Part shown: positions 51,547 to 60,919 of the stretch, in pieces | Position numbering within the stretch: position 1 is the first letter of the stretch | How the letters are laid out: every line of letters starts with the position of its first letter | NCBI GenBank assembly: GCA_964291315.2 | Contig: OZ219753.1 | Location: 352,001-416,000 of the forward strand | DNA length: 64,000 nucleotides | From: Candidatus Poribacteria bacterium | GTDB lineage: Bacteria; Poribacteria; WGA-4E; WGA-3G | Direction of reading: 5' to 3' | The notes under the pieces: model-generated | The model's database searches: none | Seen by the model: the letters and a program-made list of their open reading frames with translations, nothing else | Told to the model about the DNA's origin: nothing | Translations under genes and position numbers: made by a program

Positions 51547-52881
51547 TCATTCGTAGGTGCGATAGTTCAAAAAGGTTATCCGATTCGGGTTGATCCTAAC
51601 GTCCGGAACAGACTCTCGTAGGCTGACCTGTCCGTTTGCATTTAAAAACGAGAGGTTAAGAGTATACGTGCCCGCCGGGAGTGGCATCCGTACCAGAAAA
51701 ATTTGATTCGGAAGTGTTTTCCACGAACGGGTATCTGCTTGTTCCGTCACAACGCCTGCAAGGTTCACGAGCCATCCTAAGGCTACATTCTCCTTGTTGG
51801 CCTTGCGGTAAATCAAATATTTCGCGACAGCCCGGGCTAGGGTTCGCAAGAGAATGCCGGGACGTTCTGATCTGAAGGTTTCTATAGCAATCTTTTCTAC
51901 ATCTGCTACTAGCCTGCCGCTCTTTTGATTTTGTCCTGTAGTTACCTCAATTCCCTTGAAGTGCGGACGGTTGGCGTTGATGGTAGGGATCGCAACGCGC
52001 AGAAGATACTCCAATTCGGTGTCCGTATAGACTGCCCCTTCACGTCCTATGAGTGTTTCAACAAACGTTTCATCCTCTACATCGTCTATTTTCAAGATCG
52101 GAAACGTCAAAGCCTCTTCACTTCTAGGCGGAATATAGCCTGTTTCATAAAAGAGAATCAGTTCGCCGGTACCCTCGGAGTGCGGTGGCGGTTCACCATA
52201 TTGGTTTCGGTAACGTTGAAACTCATCGGCAAACCCGAGTTTGCGAGTTAACCGCACAAGCGAATATCCGATATCGTCTGGCATCTCTACCCCGGTTTTC
52301 TCCGCTGTGTTCTGATAGTATTTGGCAGCCTGCTTGTAAGAGATAAGGGCATCATTCCACTCATACGCAGCTTCAAAAAGCAGGGCGGAGAAGTAAGCGA
52401 GAAACCCGGTTCCGAGAAAGTTGTAGTTCTCGATTTCACGCTCGAAATAGCCGGCGAGACTCGTGGCCCGTCGGCATTCTACTAAGGCCCCGTCTAATTG
52501 CCCCCGGTAGATATAGTTGAGTGCCCGGTAATAGTGGCTCAAAAGTCGTTCATATTGCGTTCCCGAATACGGGCGCAATTTATCGGTGCTAACAAGCGAG
52601 GCTATCTCTTTTGAAACACTTTTGGTATAACGGTCCTCCGCAATATCGCCTGCCATATCAAACGCCGCGCTGCTCTCTACAAAACGGTTCGCGTAATGCG
52701 CAACCAGTCCGAATTCAAATTGGTAAGGGATATCCGGATTGCTCGATGCATGTTTCTGAAGATAGGTGTAGGCATCATCTGGCTTGCCTGCTGACAATGC
52801 TCCCTCGACCGCTTGAAACTTATAGCTGCTACACCCGACTAACAGGCAGATAATGAACAGAAAGGGGAAAGCTTTAATCAT
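51547..52881 (-). CDS. COG3014-like lipoprotein
   Basis: Lipobox LVGC; ALVECRR; EQADTRSWKTLP; adjacent to lpoB as is typical for this family. Confidence 0.8.
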   Translation of the reverse strand: MIKAFPFLFIICLLVGCSSYKFQAVEGALSAGKPDDAYTYLQKHASSNPDIPYQFEFGLVAHYANRFVESSAAFDMAGDIAEDRYTKSVSKEIASLVSTDKLRPYSGTQYERLLSHYYRALNYIYRGQLDGALVECRRATSLAGYFEREIENYNFLGTGFLAYFSALLFEAAYEWNDALISYKQAAKYYQNTAEKTGVEMPDDIGYSLVRLTRKLGFADEFQRYRNQYGEPPPHSEGTGELILFYETGYIPPRSEEALTFPILKIDDVEDETFVETLIGREGAVYTDTELEYLLRVAIPTINANRPHFKGIEVTTGQNQKSGRLVADVEKIAIETFRSERPGILLRTLARAVAKYLIYRKANKENVALGWLVNLAGVVTEQADTRSWKTLPNQIFLVRMPLPAGTYTLNLSFLNANGQVSLRESVPDVRINPNRITFLNYRTYE

Positions 52882-52886
52882 ATATT

Positions 52887-53019
52887 TCCGTGGCTTTCAA
52901 ATTCAGTTGTGGCATAGGCTGTCAGCCTGTGCATTTTGGCGATTCTCAGACAACCTGTTAGGTTGTGCAAGCGCTCTATTTATCCAAAGCTCAGCCCAAT
53001 AATTATCAAACTCGCGTTA
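52887..53019 (+). mobile_element. MITE-like element copy B (two REP-like hairpins; left end degenerate)
   Basis: GCATAGGCTG-T-CAGCCTGTGC and ACAACCT-GTT-AGGTTGT hairpins; right end CCCAATAATTATCAAACTCGCGTTA overlaps the lpoB stop codon. Confidence 0.7.
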
Positions 53020-53649
53020 CATTTTAAATTTGTCACGTCCGATGAACTTTTTAATTTTTTTGTTACCGATCCAAATTTTTTCGTTGGTTTCGATGTTGGT
53101 CAAGGTAAGATCTGTCTGATAAAACATGACTTGGTCTCCACCTTCCCGGTCTTCAATAGTGTTGATTTCGCCGGTCATCATATAGTCCGCGCCGAGTTCG
53201 CGTCCCATTCGTTTCACGGTTTCGAGTGCGGCGAATTCTCCTTGGTCTGCTCGTTCTTCCCGAATTTCGCTGCGTTCGGTCGCAGCTGATACGGTGCGCA
53301 CTTTCCCGGAGTTGATGAATGCGCGCTCAATGTCAGTAATAAAGGTTGCGACAGGAATATGCTCCATGCTCTTGTTGCGGATACCGCCAACAATTACCAC
53401 AGGTTTCCCGCCCTCACTTATACCGTGGTTGTTAATCCAAGGGTGGTTCAAGCAGTCGCCAATAATTTCATCGGCGACCATGCGCGAATCTGTGTCATTC
53501 CAACGCCCGGAGAGGTCGATCGTAGTGTCAACATCAACGCGGCTAACCTGTTTAGAGGCCCCACAACCACTGAGGACCGTTATCCCCATCACGACAGAAA
53601 GGATTGTCAATCTATACACAACAAATTGAGCTGACAGAAACTTATACAT
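53017..53649 (-). CDS. lpoB: Penicillin-binding protein activator LpoB family lipoprotein
   Basis: Lipobox LSGC; DLSGRWNDTD, IRNKSMEHI, GADYMMTGEI, IWIG.KKIKK. Confidence 0.85.
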   Translation of the reverse strand: MYKFLSAQFVVYRLTILSVVMGITVLSGCGASKQVSRVDVDTTIDLSGRWNDTDSRMVADEIIGDCLNHPWINNHGISEGGKPVVIVGGIRNKSMEHIPVATFITDIERAFINSGKVRTVSAATERSEIREERADQGEFAALETVKRMGRELGADYMMTGEINTIEDREGGDQVMFYQTDLTLTNIETNEKIWIGNKKIKKFIGRDKFKM

Positions 53650-53782
53650 TCGGAATACTCCTTTTTGATTACCGCTTTATAGTAGTAGATATTTGAAATT
53701 AGGCGGACACTGTAAACCGGAGAGGTTTGTTCTCATCCAGTATTCACTGAAATGTCTCTCTATTTTTTTAAGGTGCCGCGAA

Positions 53783-55570
53783 TTAGAAGTCTAAATCGGC
53801 TTCTTGGACAATTTTGTCAATGAAAGTATCTAGCGCCATTGTGCCGATGTCGCCTTCCTCTCGACTGCGGACGCTGACGGTTCGTTTTTCCTGCTCACGT
53901 TCACCAATAATTAGCATATAAGGGACACGTTGCAAGCGGGCGAGTCGGATTTTTGCCCCAATCTTGTCGTCGCTATTATCTAATGTCACACGGCACCCGT
54001 TCTGCGATAGCAGCCGTTCAACCTGTTCGGCATAGTCAACAAAGCGCTGGCTAATCGTCATCACGACACATTGCACGGGAGCGAGCCATGTTGGGAATGC
54101 CCCGGCATAATGCTCAATCAGCATAGCGATAAAACGTTCAAAGGTGCCGAAAATAGCGCGATGGATAACGACGGGGCGCTTTTCAGATCCGTCCGAGGCG
54201 ACGTAGATGAGCTCAAACCGTTCGGGCAGCTGGAAATCGAGTTGCACCGTAGCGCATTGCACCTCCCGGTTGAGTGAATCGCGGACCTGAAAATCGAGCT
54301 TTGGACCGTAGAATGCCCCTTCTCCCGGATCAACCCGGTACTCAATCCTGTTATTTTTTAGCACACTCTCAAGCATATTTTCTGCTCGGTTCCATACCTC
54401 AATATCCCCCATAAATTTATCAGGATTGCGTGTGCTCAAATCGCAGCGGAAAGGCAGATCAAACGTGCTGTAGACACGCTGGAAGAGCCCAAGAATCCGT
54501 TCATATTCATCCGCAATTTGGTCTTCAGTTACGAAGTTGTGGGCATCGTCTTGGCACATTTGCCGAACGCGCGACAAGCCGGTGAGGGTGCCTGTGGCTT
54601 CGTTGCGATGTAAGACCCCCTGGTCGTATAGGCGATAGGGCAGATCACGGTAGCTGTGGCGGGTACTCTTATAAATGAGCATGTGCGCAGGGCAGTTCAT
54701 CGGTTTTAGCGCCCCGATGGAGTCGCTGTCCTCGTTTTCAATGAGGAACATATTTTCTTTAAAATGTTCCCAGTGCCCAGAGGTTTTCCAGAGGCTGCTG
54801 TCGTAGATGAGCGGGGTCCGGACCTCTTGATATCCCTCGCTGAGATAGAGCTTCTGCACCTTTTCAGCCAAGCGGTTGTAGATAAAGGCGCCTTTGGGTA
54901 GCCAAAAGGGGCTGCCGGGCGATTCAGGGTGCATCTGAAAGAGCTCTAGCTCTCGTCCCAATTTGCGATGGTCGCGTTTGGCAGCCTCCTCGCGCTGTCT
55001 CAAGTATGCGTGAAGGTCGGCCTTGGTCTCCCAGGCGGTGCCGTAAATCCGTTGCAGCTGTTCCCGGTTGCTATCCCCGCGCCAATAGGCGCCGGAGACG
55101 CGGAGCAGCTTGAAGTGCCGGCATTCGCCTGTTTTTTCGACGTGTGGTCCCTTGCAGAGGTCCGTAAAATCGCCGTTCTGATAGATAGAGACCCCTTCGT
55201 CAGCGACGCCTTCATCGCTGGCGTTGACTTCCTTGTCGGAGATGCCCTCGATCAATTCGAGTTTGAATTGCTGGTCGCGTGCGCTGAACCACTCGCGTGC
55301 CGCGTCATAGCTCCATGTTGTCTGTTCAAAAGGCACGTTGGCTTTAATCATCGCCTTCATGTGCTTTTCGAGTTCCGGAAAATCGTCGGGCGTAAGGGGG
55401 CGTGGCACCGCCATATCGTAATAGAACTCGTTCTCAATTGGGGGACCAATTGCAAGCTTAACCGCACGTTCCCCATCCGGAAACAGCTGTTGCACAGCAT
55501 ACGCCATGATGTGTGCGGTTGAATGACGTAGGCGTTGTAAGTAGTCGTCAGGTTGATTCGATTCGCGCAT
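53783..55570 (-). CDS. thrS: Threonine--tRNA ligase (lacking the N-terminal TGS domain)
   Basis: RHSTAH, DLCKGPH, RDHRKLG, KPMNCP, GAFYGPK, IHRAIFG. Confidence 0.98.
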   Translation of the reverse strand: MRESNQPDDYLQRLRHSTAHIMAYAVQQLFPDGERAVKLAIGPPIENEFYYDMAVPRPLTPDDFPELEKHMKAMIKANVPFEQTTWSYDAAREWFSARDQQFKLELIEGISDKEVNASDEGVADEGVSIYQNGDFTDLCKGPHVEKTGECRHFKLLRVSGAYWRGDSNREQLQRIYGTAWETKADLHAYLRQREEAAKRDHRKLGRELELFQMHPESPGSPFWLPKGAFIYNRLAEKVQKLYLSEGYQEVRTPLIYDSSLWKTSGHWEHFKENMFLIENEDSDSIGALKPMNCPAHMLIYKSTRHSYRDLPYRLYDQGVLHRNEATGTLTGLSRVRQMCQDDAHNFVTEDQIADEYERILGLFQRVYSTFDLPFRCDLSTRNPDKFMGDIEVWNRAENMLESVLKNNRIEYRVDPGEGAFYGPKLDFQVRDSLNREVQCATVQLDFQLPERFELIYVASDGSEKRPVVIHRAIFGTFERFIAMLIEHYAGAFPTWLAPVQCVVMTISQRFVDYAEQVERLLSQNGCRVTLDNSDDKIGAKIRLARLQRVPYMLIIGEREQEKRTVSVRSREEGDIGTMALDTFIDKIVQEADLDF

Positions 55571-55624
55571 TGCAATCTACTTTCATATATCCATGCATTG
55601 TAGGTTTGAAAATTGCTCTCAATA

Positions 55625-55728
55625 ACGTGAGTTTGAAAATGAGTGAGGTGGGTTTTCTTGTAGCATAGACTCTGAGTTTGTGCCAGAGCCTTTCTCAAAG
55701 ATGAACCCAATAATTATCAAGCTCGCGT
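55625..55728 (+). mobile_element. MITE-like element copy C with 8-bp target-site duplication
   Basis: ACGTGAGTTTGAAAAT...ATTATCAAGCTCGCGT flanked on both sides by TCTCAATA. Confidence 0.82.
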
Positions 55729-55919
55729 TCTCAATAGACTTAACGTCTCTATTTAGTATTCTGTTTACAGAATAATTATTGTACACTATCTGAGGGCGAA
55801 ATGCCAATTATTTTCACGAATTATCTTTGCGGATGCGTAAATATTCGGGCGGCAGGTTGTCAGCATCAGGATTTTGGGGCGGGGGTGCCACTGCTGTAGG
55901 AGAGTTGGAATAGAAAAGA

Positions 55920-55993
55920 TGGGCGGTGCAGGACTTGAACCTGCGACCTCTTGCATGTCAAGCAAACGCTCTAGCCACCTGAGCTAACCGCCC
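55920..55993 (-). tRNA. tRNA-Val(GAC)
   Basis: GGGCGGTTAGCTCAG...CTTGACATG...GGTTCAAGTCC...CCGCCCA cloverleaf; CCA not encoded. Confidence 0.95.
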
Positions 55994-56014
55994 ATGAATA
56001 GAGAAAGAAGTGTA

Positions 56015-56089
56015 TGGAGGTGGCGGTCGGAATCGAACCGACGAATAAGAGTTTTGCAGACTCTGGCCTTACCACTTGGCTACGCCACC
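56015..56089 (-). tRNA. tRNA-Cys(GCA)
   Basis: GGTGGCGTAGCCAAGTGG...CTGCAAA...GGTTCGATTCC...GCCACCTCCA. Confidence 0.96.
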
Positions 56090-56098
56090 TGAAGGTAA

Positions 56099-56170
56099 AG
56101 CGGGAGACGAGATTTGAACTCGCGACCTCCACCTTGGCAAGGTGGAGCTCTACCACTGAGCTACTCCCGC
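56099..56170 (-). tRNA. tRNA-Gly(GCC)
   Basis: GCGGGAGTAGCTCAGTGG...CTTGCCAAG...AGTTCAAATCTC...CTCCCGCT. Confidence 0.96.
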
Positions 56171-56221
56171 ATCGTTTCGCTAACTTCCCGAGAAAAAAAC
56201 TTCAGAATAATAAGCATATAT

Positions 56222-56250
56222 AGTCTACCATACCTTCAAGCGAATGTCAA
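56222..56250 (-). promoter_or_regulatory. Promoter of the tRNA Gly-Cys-Val operon
   Basis: TTGACA-17 nt-TAGACT with TG extension on the minus strand. Confidence 0.6.
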
Positions 56251-56790
56251 GTTAAATTTTTTTATTTGCCGGATTGATTCTGTGTCAAGTGCAATATAAC
56301 ATTGACATATCACATGGTTTCCTATAAAATATAAGCACGTTTCGTATAAGAAGGTTCTCACATAGGAAACCAACAGCCTCAGCTACAACTGAGGCATAGG
56401 ATACAACTTTTTCAAACCCGCGTTGTATTATATCATATTATTTTATTATATTGCTTATTATACTACTTTTTCCGCAAATTTCAAACCTATCTTCTTGATA
56501 CAACTTGGTACAACTTATTGCCCTCTACTAAAAAATTTGCAAAAGAACTGCACCGCATGGTATAATTCTATAGTATAGTAATTCTAGGGAATTCTAACTT
56601 AAAGTGAAACCGTTTTGCTCTGTTAAGCGTTTTGCAATTTGGCAAACTATATTTAATTTATCAACAATGCAAGTGTAGACAGAGCGGATTGTGGGGAATA
56701 TCGCGGAGCGAAAGCGAACAACATCAGTCGATGCAGCGGAGGTCCAAGTTTTATCGTTCCAAGGGCACGACGCAGAAGATTAAATTCGAA

Positions 56791-57759
56791 ATGAAGATTC
56801 TCGTACCTCCTATAAAGTGCCAGGGCATTAAAAGTAGACTGGTTCCATGGATAGCAGAGACACTCCACTGGGACAGCGACGGTGTCTGGATTGAACCCTT
56901 CATGGGATCCGGTGCCGTTGGGTTTAACCTCAACCCGCGCAGAGCGCTTTTCTCGGATATAAACCCACATCTTATCTCTTTCTACCAAGGAATAAACCAT
57001 CAGACAATCACTCCGGTTATTATCAGGCAATTTCTTGAATCAGAGGGGAGCAAGTTGGCCGAACATGGTGCAGATTATTATTACGAAGTCCGTAAACGAT
57101 TTAATAGAGACAAGTCTCCATTAGACTTTCTATTTTTGAATCGCGCCTGTTTTAACGGACTCATTCGCTTTAACAGAGAAGGCAAGTTTAATGTGCCTTT
57201 CGGACATAAAACCGAACGTTTCTCCAAAGCCTACATCACCAAAATTGTGAATCAGGTAGAATGGGTCGCCAAACGCGCTAGCCTCAGCGATTGGAGTTTC
57301 TTGTATCAGGACTTTCGTTCCACGCTGTCTCATGCAACCGAAGCCGACCTCATCTATTGTGACCCGCCTTATGCCGGGCGACATACCAATTATTTCAATA
57401 CCTGGAACAGATCACATGAGAAATTGCTCTACCAAGATTTGAAAACAACAACAGCACGGTTTATCCTATCTACTTGGCATAGCAACGAATATAGAGAAAA
57501 TCTCGCGATTCCAAATCTATGGTCAGAATTCAACATCATCACAAGAGAACACTTTTATCATGTCGGGGCAAAGAAGGAAAATAGAAAACCGATGCTAGAA
57601 GCACTCGTCACTAACTTTGAACCCGCAAACACCAGTACCTCAAAAAAGAACGCTGAATGGGATGATCATAAAGCAGATACGCTACAATTGACATTCATTC
57701 ACCTGGAAAAGCAATTAACGGTCACCTCGGAAAACATAGTTTCCCGAGAAACAGAATAA
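56791..57759 (+). CDS. Dam/D12-class N6-adenine DNA methyltransferase, M.EcoRV-like
   Basis: VPPIKCQGIK, EPFMGSG, FLNRACFNG.IRFN, YCDPPY.GRH, EHFYHVGA closely match M.EcoRV as recalled; start MKILVPP. Confidence 0.9.
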   Translation: MKILVPPIKCQGIKSRLVPWIAETLHWDSDGVWIEPFMGSGAVGFNLNPRRALFSDINPHLISFYQGINHQTITPVIIRQFLESEGSKLAEHGADYYYEVRKRFNRDKSPLDFLFLNRACFNGLIRFNREGKFNVPFGHKTERFSKAYITKIVNQVEWVAKRASLSDWSFLYQDFRSTLSHATEADLIYCDPPYAGRHTNYFNTWNRSHEKLLYQDLKTTTARFILSTWHSNEYRENLAIPNLWSEFNIITREHFYHVGAKKENRKPMLEALVTNFEPANTSTSKKNAEWDDHKADTLQLTFIHLEKQLTVTSENIVSRETE

Positions 57760-57806
57760 TCGAAAAAACAGTTTTTCTGTTGATTTTTTAACAATGTATG
57801 TTATAA

Positions 57807-57942
57807 TAACGTAAGTTTGAAAAAAGAATGAATTCGGTTTTCTTGTAGCATGGTCTCCTGTTAGGCTGTGCAGTGCCACTTGTAGCATAGGTTGTTGGTT
57901 TCCTGTGCCTCAATGAACCCAATAATTATCAAGCTCGCGTTA
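57807..57942 (+). mobile_element. MITE-like element copy D (two GTAG units)
   Basis: TAACGTAAGTTTGAAAA...TTATCAAGCTCGCGTTA; internal TTGTAGCAT...TGTGC twice; directly after a TTGATT-16-TATAAT promoter (57780-57807). Confidence 0.78.
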
Positions 57943-57980
57943 TCTTTAACTCACTAAATAATAAAGGAGAATACCAAGTA

Positions 57981-60746
57981 ATGTTATCTAATAAAATGAA
58001 AGTGTTTGTAGTGCTAGCAATTGTGTTTGCCTTTGCAACGTCTCAGGTTTTCGCAGGTTTTATAAATGCCGGTCGGGGGAAAATTCACGTTAACTGGGGT
58101 ACGGGTGAGGGAAAGAACCCCTTCTTCGTTTTTGCGAACTCTGAGGAAGCGGAGAGTAACTTTATAAATAACCAAGTATATGGAGCGATTAATCCGCCCT
58201 GGTCAAATCTAAAGACATCCCTCGGGGAAGGTGGTGTCCTCACAGTATCACTTGCAGTGCCAACACAAACATATTATGACACTGCTGGTTGGGAGTCTAC
58301 CCTCAAATATGATGTGACAGATGAGGAGCTGGCGAAGTACAAGCATTCAGTAGTTATCACCGAGGTGATGTGGGGAACAGATGCTCCCGACACATTAACA
58401 CGCCAATGGTATGAAATCTACAGCAACTCCTTCAATCCAAAAAAGAATGATAGTCTTGTATTGAAAGTAGATCGAAATTTGGACCCGGTTAGATCTCCCG
58501 CTCCGGGTGAGACGTGGTTGCCGCGCACTGAGTATGACAAAGCGAGGGTTGTCAAGTATGTGGTTCTGGATCGGGTATCAACGACCAATCGTTGGGGTCA
58601 GATTTGGGAGCTGAAAGGTAACAACGGCGATACGGATGGCAACGCAAAGACGGGCACGGCTCCGGTCCCTATGGTCTCTATGTATCGGAAGCTAGAGCTG
58701 GATAGCACAGGGAGGGCGTATGCACTCAACGCTGATAAAAAGCTGAAATCTGTCCCTGACGGTCGGGAAGCCAGTTCTTGGGAGGCTTCTACAGGCCGGG
58801 TTAATATGACGGGCATTTCCGTCGGCAGCCCAGGGTTCGTTCACTTTTCTGGTTCTGGTAGTCCTTGGGCTCCCGAGTTTAAGATGACTCCCGCCTCTAT
58901 TTCTGATACCGGCATCATCATCAATGAGGTACGCAACGACTCTTCAGATGAGAACTTGGACTGGATAGAGCTCTTCTATAATAGCAATAATGCATCGGAT
59001 CCCCTCGTGAATATAAAGGATTGGGAGTTGAGCCTGGTGATGGCCAAGATGAAGGACGGCGGCGGCTATCATGAGTCCGGCGATGCCAACTTCACGGACA
59101 CCAGTCTTGCAGTGCTCCCAGAATACAAGATGAAGCCGGGCGAGTATCTCGTCATCTATAACCGGGATCCTGAAGGGAGCGTCACCTTTGCTATGGGTAA
59201 GAGTCTTAAATCTGTTTCTGACGGATCGGCGGTCAACATGGGTGCTGATCACAAGTATGTGGTCGCTAAGGACCTGAAGCTGCCTGCTACAGGCAAGTTC
59301 TTGATCCTGCTGCGCACCCGCAATCATGCTGATGATGTCGGCAAGCCGACGAACATCAAAGACTACGCCGGCAACGGGTTCTTCAAGCGCAAGGAAGCCC
59401 AGAAATTCAACACAGAAGTCTGGCCGTTCGTAGGGTGGGCGAAGCCAGGAGACGTTGATGATACCGACTTCGGCGGCATGAACACCTTCGCCTCACAGAA
59501 CATGTCCTTCGGTCGCGGTGTCCAAGTCAATTCGCTGGGCAAGCATGGGGCGAAGTCGCGTGCGAACCGCGTTCACAAAGACGACTGGCAGTCGTTCGGG
59601 TTCATCGGCACTGGCTACGACCGGGGCAAAGATAGAATCCTTGACACGATGATCGCCCCCGGCACACCGGGGTACCCGAATGTGGCTGTCAGCATGATCG
59701 CCGATGATAGAAACACCTCATCCACTGATGACGATTACGCTTTCGACGGAAAAGTCAGTATCAGTGAGATTATGTATGATGCGGGGCCGCGCTCGAACTT
59801 GGTGCAGTGGATAGAGCTCTATAACAGTTCTAAAATGGATACTGTCAATCTTGAAGGCTGGGAACTTCAGATAAGCAACGAGGACAAAGGCGCAGGATCG
59901 TATGTAGATGCGATGTTCATGTTTGCTGCGGGGACGCATATCCCGCCGAATCAGACGTTGCTCTTGGTCTCAAGCACCGGGACGAACGATGTTGCAGACA
60001 ACTACGTCTATAACTTACAAGAGAAGCATCGGAGCAGTTTAGGATTGGCCACGCGCGGACGTCTGTTGCTCAGCGCCGATGGATTCCATCTGGAGCTGCG
60101 CGCCAAGGTCAACAAAGGCGGTCGATCAGGTATGCAGATTATGGACGAGGCTGGTAACCTCACCCTAGACGGGGCTACGCGCATGCACGCGTGGGACCTG
60201 CCCGAAAAAGGCGAGGTCCGGATGTCTATTATGCGTAAGTATAATGGGAGTTCTAATCCTGATGACGGGCTGATGCAAGACTCCTGGCGGCAGTCTGACT
60301 CTGTCGGTGCCTCGCTCACCTTCTACGGGCATCGAAGCGATGTCGGCACGCCGGGGCACCGTGTTGGTAGTCCGCTTCCCGTTTCGCTCTCGAGTTTCCG
60401 GCCTGTGCGCAACGCCTCGACGGGACACGTTGAGATTACGTGGATAACGCAGTCCGAGCTCAACAACGCAGGCTTCAACATCCTGCGCAGTGAGAGCAAG
60501 GCCGGCGGGTTCAAAGCCATCAACTCCGAGGGGCTGATCGCTGGACACGGCACGACATCTGAGAAGCATGTGTATCGTTACACAGATACCACCGCGAAGC
60601 CGAATGCGGTCTATTACTATCAGATAGAAGATGTCTCTATGGACGGGGTGCGGACGACGTTACGGACGACGCATCTGCGCGGGGATGTCTCTGCGAACGG
60701 TAAACTGACGACCCGTTGGGGTGAGCTAAAATCGTCTGGTAGATAG
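57981..60746 (+). CDS. Secreted lamin-tail-domain (LTD) repeat protein with PVxLSSF Ig-like domain and TTRWGELK tail
   Basis: Signal peptide; three I(T/N/S)E(V/I)..W(Y/I)E(I/L) modules each ending G(S/T)PG; SD AAGGAG. Confidence 0.85.
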   Translation: MLSNKMKVFVVLAIVFAFATSQVFAGFINAGRGKIHVNWGTGEGKNPFFVFANSEEAESNFINNQVYGAINPPWSNLKTSLGEGGVLTVSLAVPTQTYYDTAGWESTLKYDVTDEELAKYKHSVVITEVMWGTDAPDTLTRQWYEIYSNSFNPKKNDSLVLKVDRNLDPVRSPAPGETWLPRTEYDKARVVKYVVLDRVSTTNRWGQIWELKGNNGDTDGNAKTGTAPVPMVSMYRKLELDSTGRAYALNADKKLKSVPDGREASSWEASTGRVNMTGISVGSPGFVHFSGSGSPWAPEFKMTPASISDTGIIINEVRNDSSDENLDWIELFYNSNNASDPLVNIKDWELSLVMAKMKDGGGYHESGDANFTDTSLAVLPEYKMKPGEYLVIYNRDPEGSVTFAMGKSLKSVSDGSAVNMGADHKYVVAKDLKLPATGKFLILLRTRNHADDVGKPTNIKDYAGNGFFKRKEAQKFNTEVWPFVGWAKPGDVDDTDFGGMNTFASQNMSFGRGVQVNSLGKHGAKSRANRVHKDDWQSFGFIGTGYDRGKDRILDTMIAPGTPGYPNVAVSMIADDRNTSSTDDDYAFDGKVSISEIMYDAGPRSNLVQWIELYNSSKMDTVNLEGWELQISNEDKGAGSYVDAMFMFAAGTHIPPNQTLLLVSSTGTNDVADNYVYNLQEKHRSSLGLATRGRLLLSADGFHLELRAKVNKGGRSGMQIMDEAGNLTLDGATRMHAWDLPEKGEVRMSIMRKYNGSSNPDDGLMQDSWRQSDSVGASLTFYGHRSDVGTPGHRVGSPLPVSLSSFRPVRNASTGHVEITWITQSELNNAGFNILRSESKAGGFKAINSEGLIAGHGTTSEKHVYRYTDTTAKPNAVYYYQIEDVSMDGVRTTLRTTHLRGDVSANGKLTTRWGELKSSGR

Positions 60747-60788
60747 GAGCCAGATTGGTTAAACACACATAATACACATCTGAAACTG

Positions 60789-60832
60789 AACGTTGGGAGG
60801 TGGAGCGCCTGTTTCACCTCCCAACGTTTTTT
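60789..60832 (+). terminator. Intrinsic terminator of the LTD gene
   Basis: AACGTTGGGAGGTG...CACCTCCCAACGTT followed by a T-tract. Confidence 0.85.
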
Positions 60833-60901
60833 AACGTGTATCCTAGGCTGTTAGGGGTATCCTATGCTGCTCTTGTAGCATAGGTTTTCAGTTTGTGCCA
60901 C
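60832..60901 (+). repeat. Partial copy E of the MITE/REP family
   Basis: TAACGTG start; inverted pair CCTATGCTGC-TCTT-GTAGCATAGG; TTGTGCCAC. Confidence 0.55.
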
Positions 60902-60919
60902 ACACTATAGGAGGAAAAC

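Noticed and set aside
55571-55919. T-box riboswitch upstream of thrS
   Set aside because: No T-box consensus (AAnnAGGGTGGnACCGCG) on the minus strand; the region is occupied by a MITE copy.
55920-60746. tRNA-anchored genomic island or prophage
   Set aside because: No integrase and no duplicated tRNA 3' end seen; the accessory genes lie on the 5' side of the tRNA operon.
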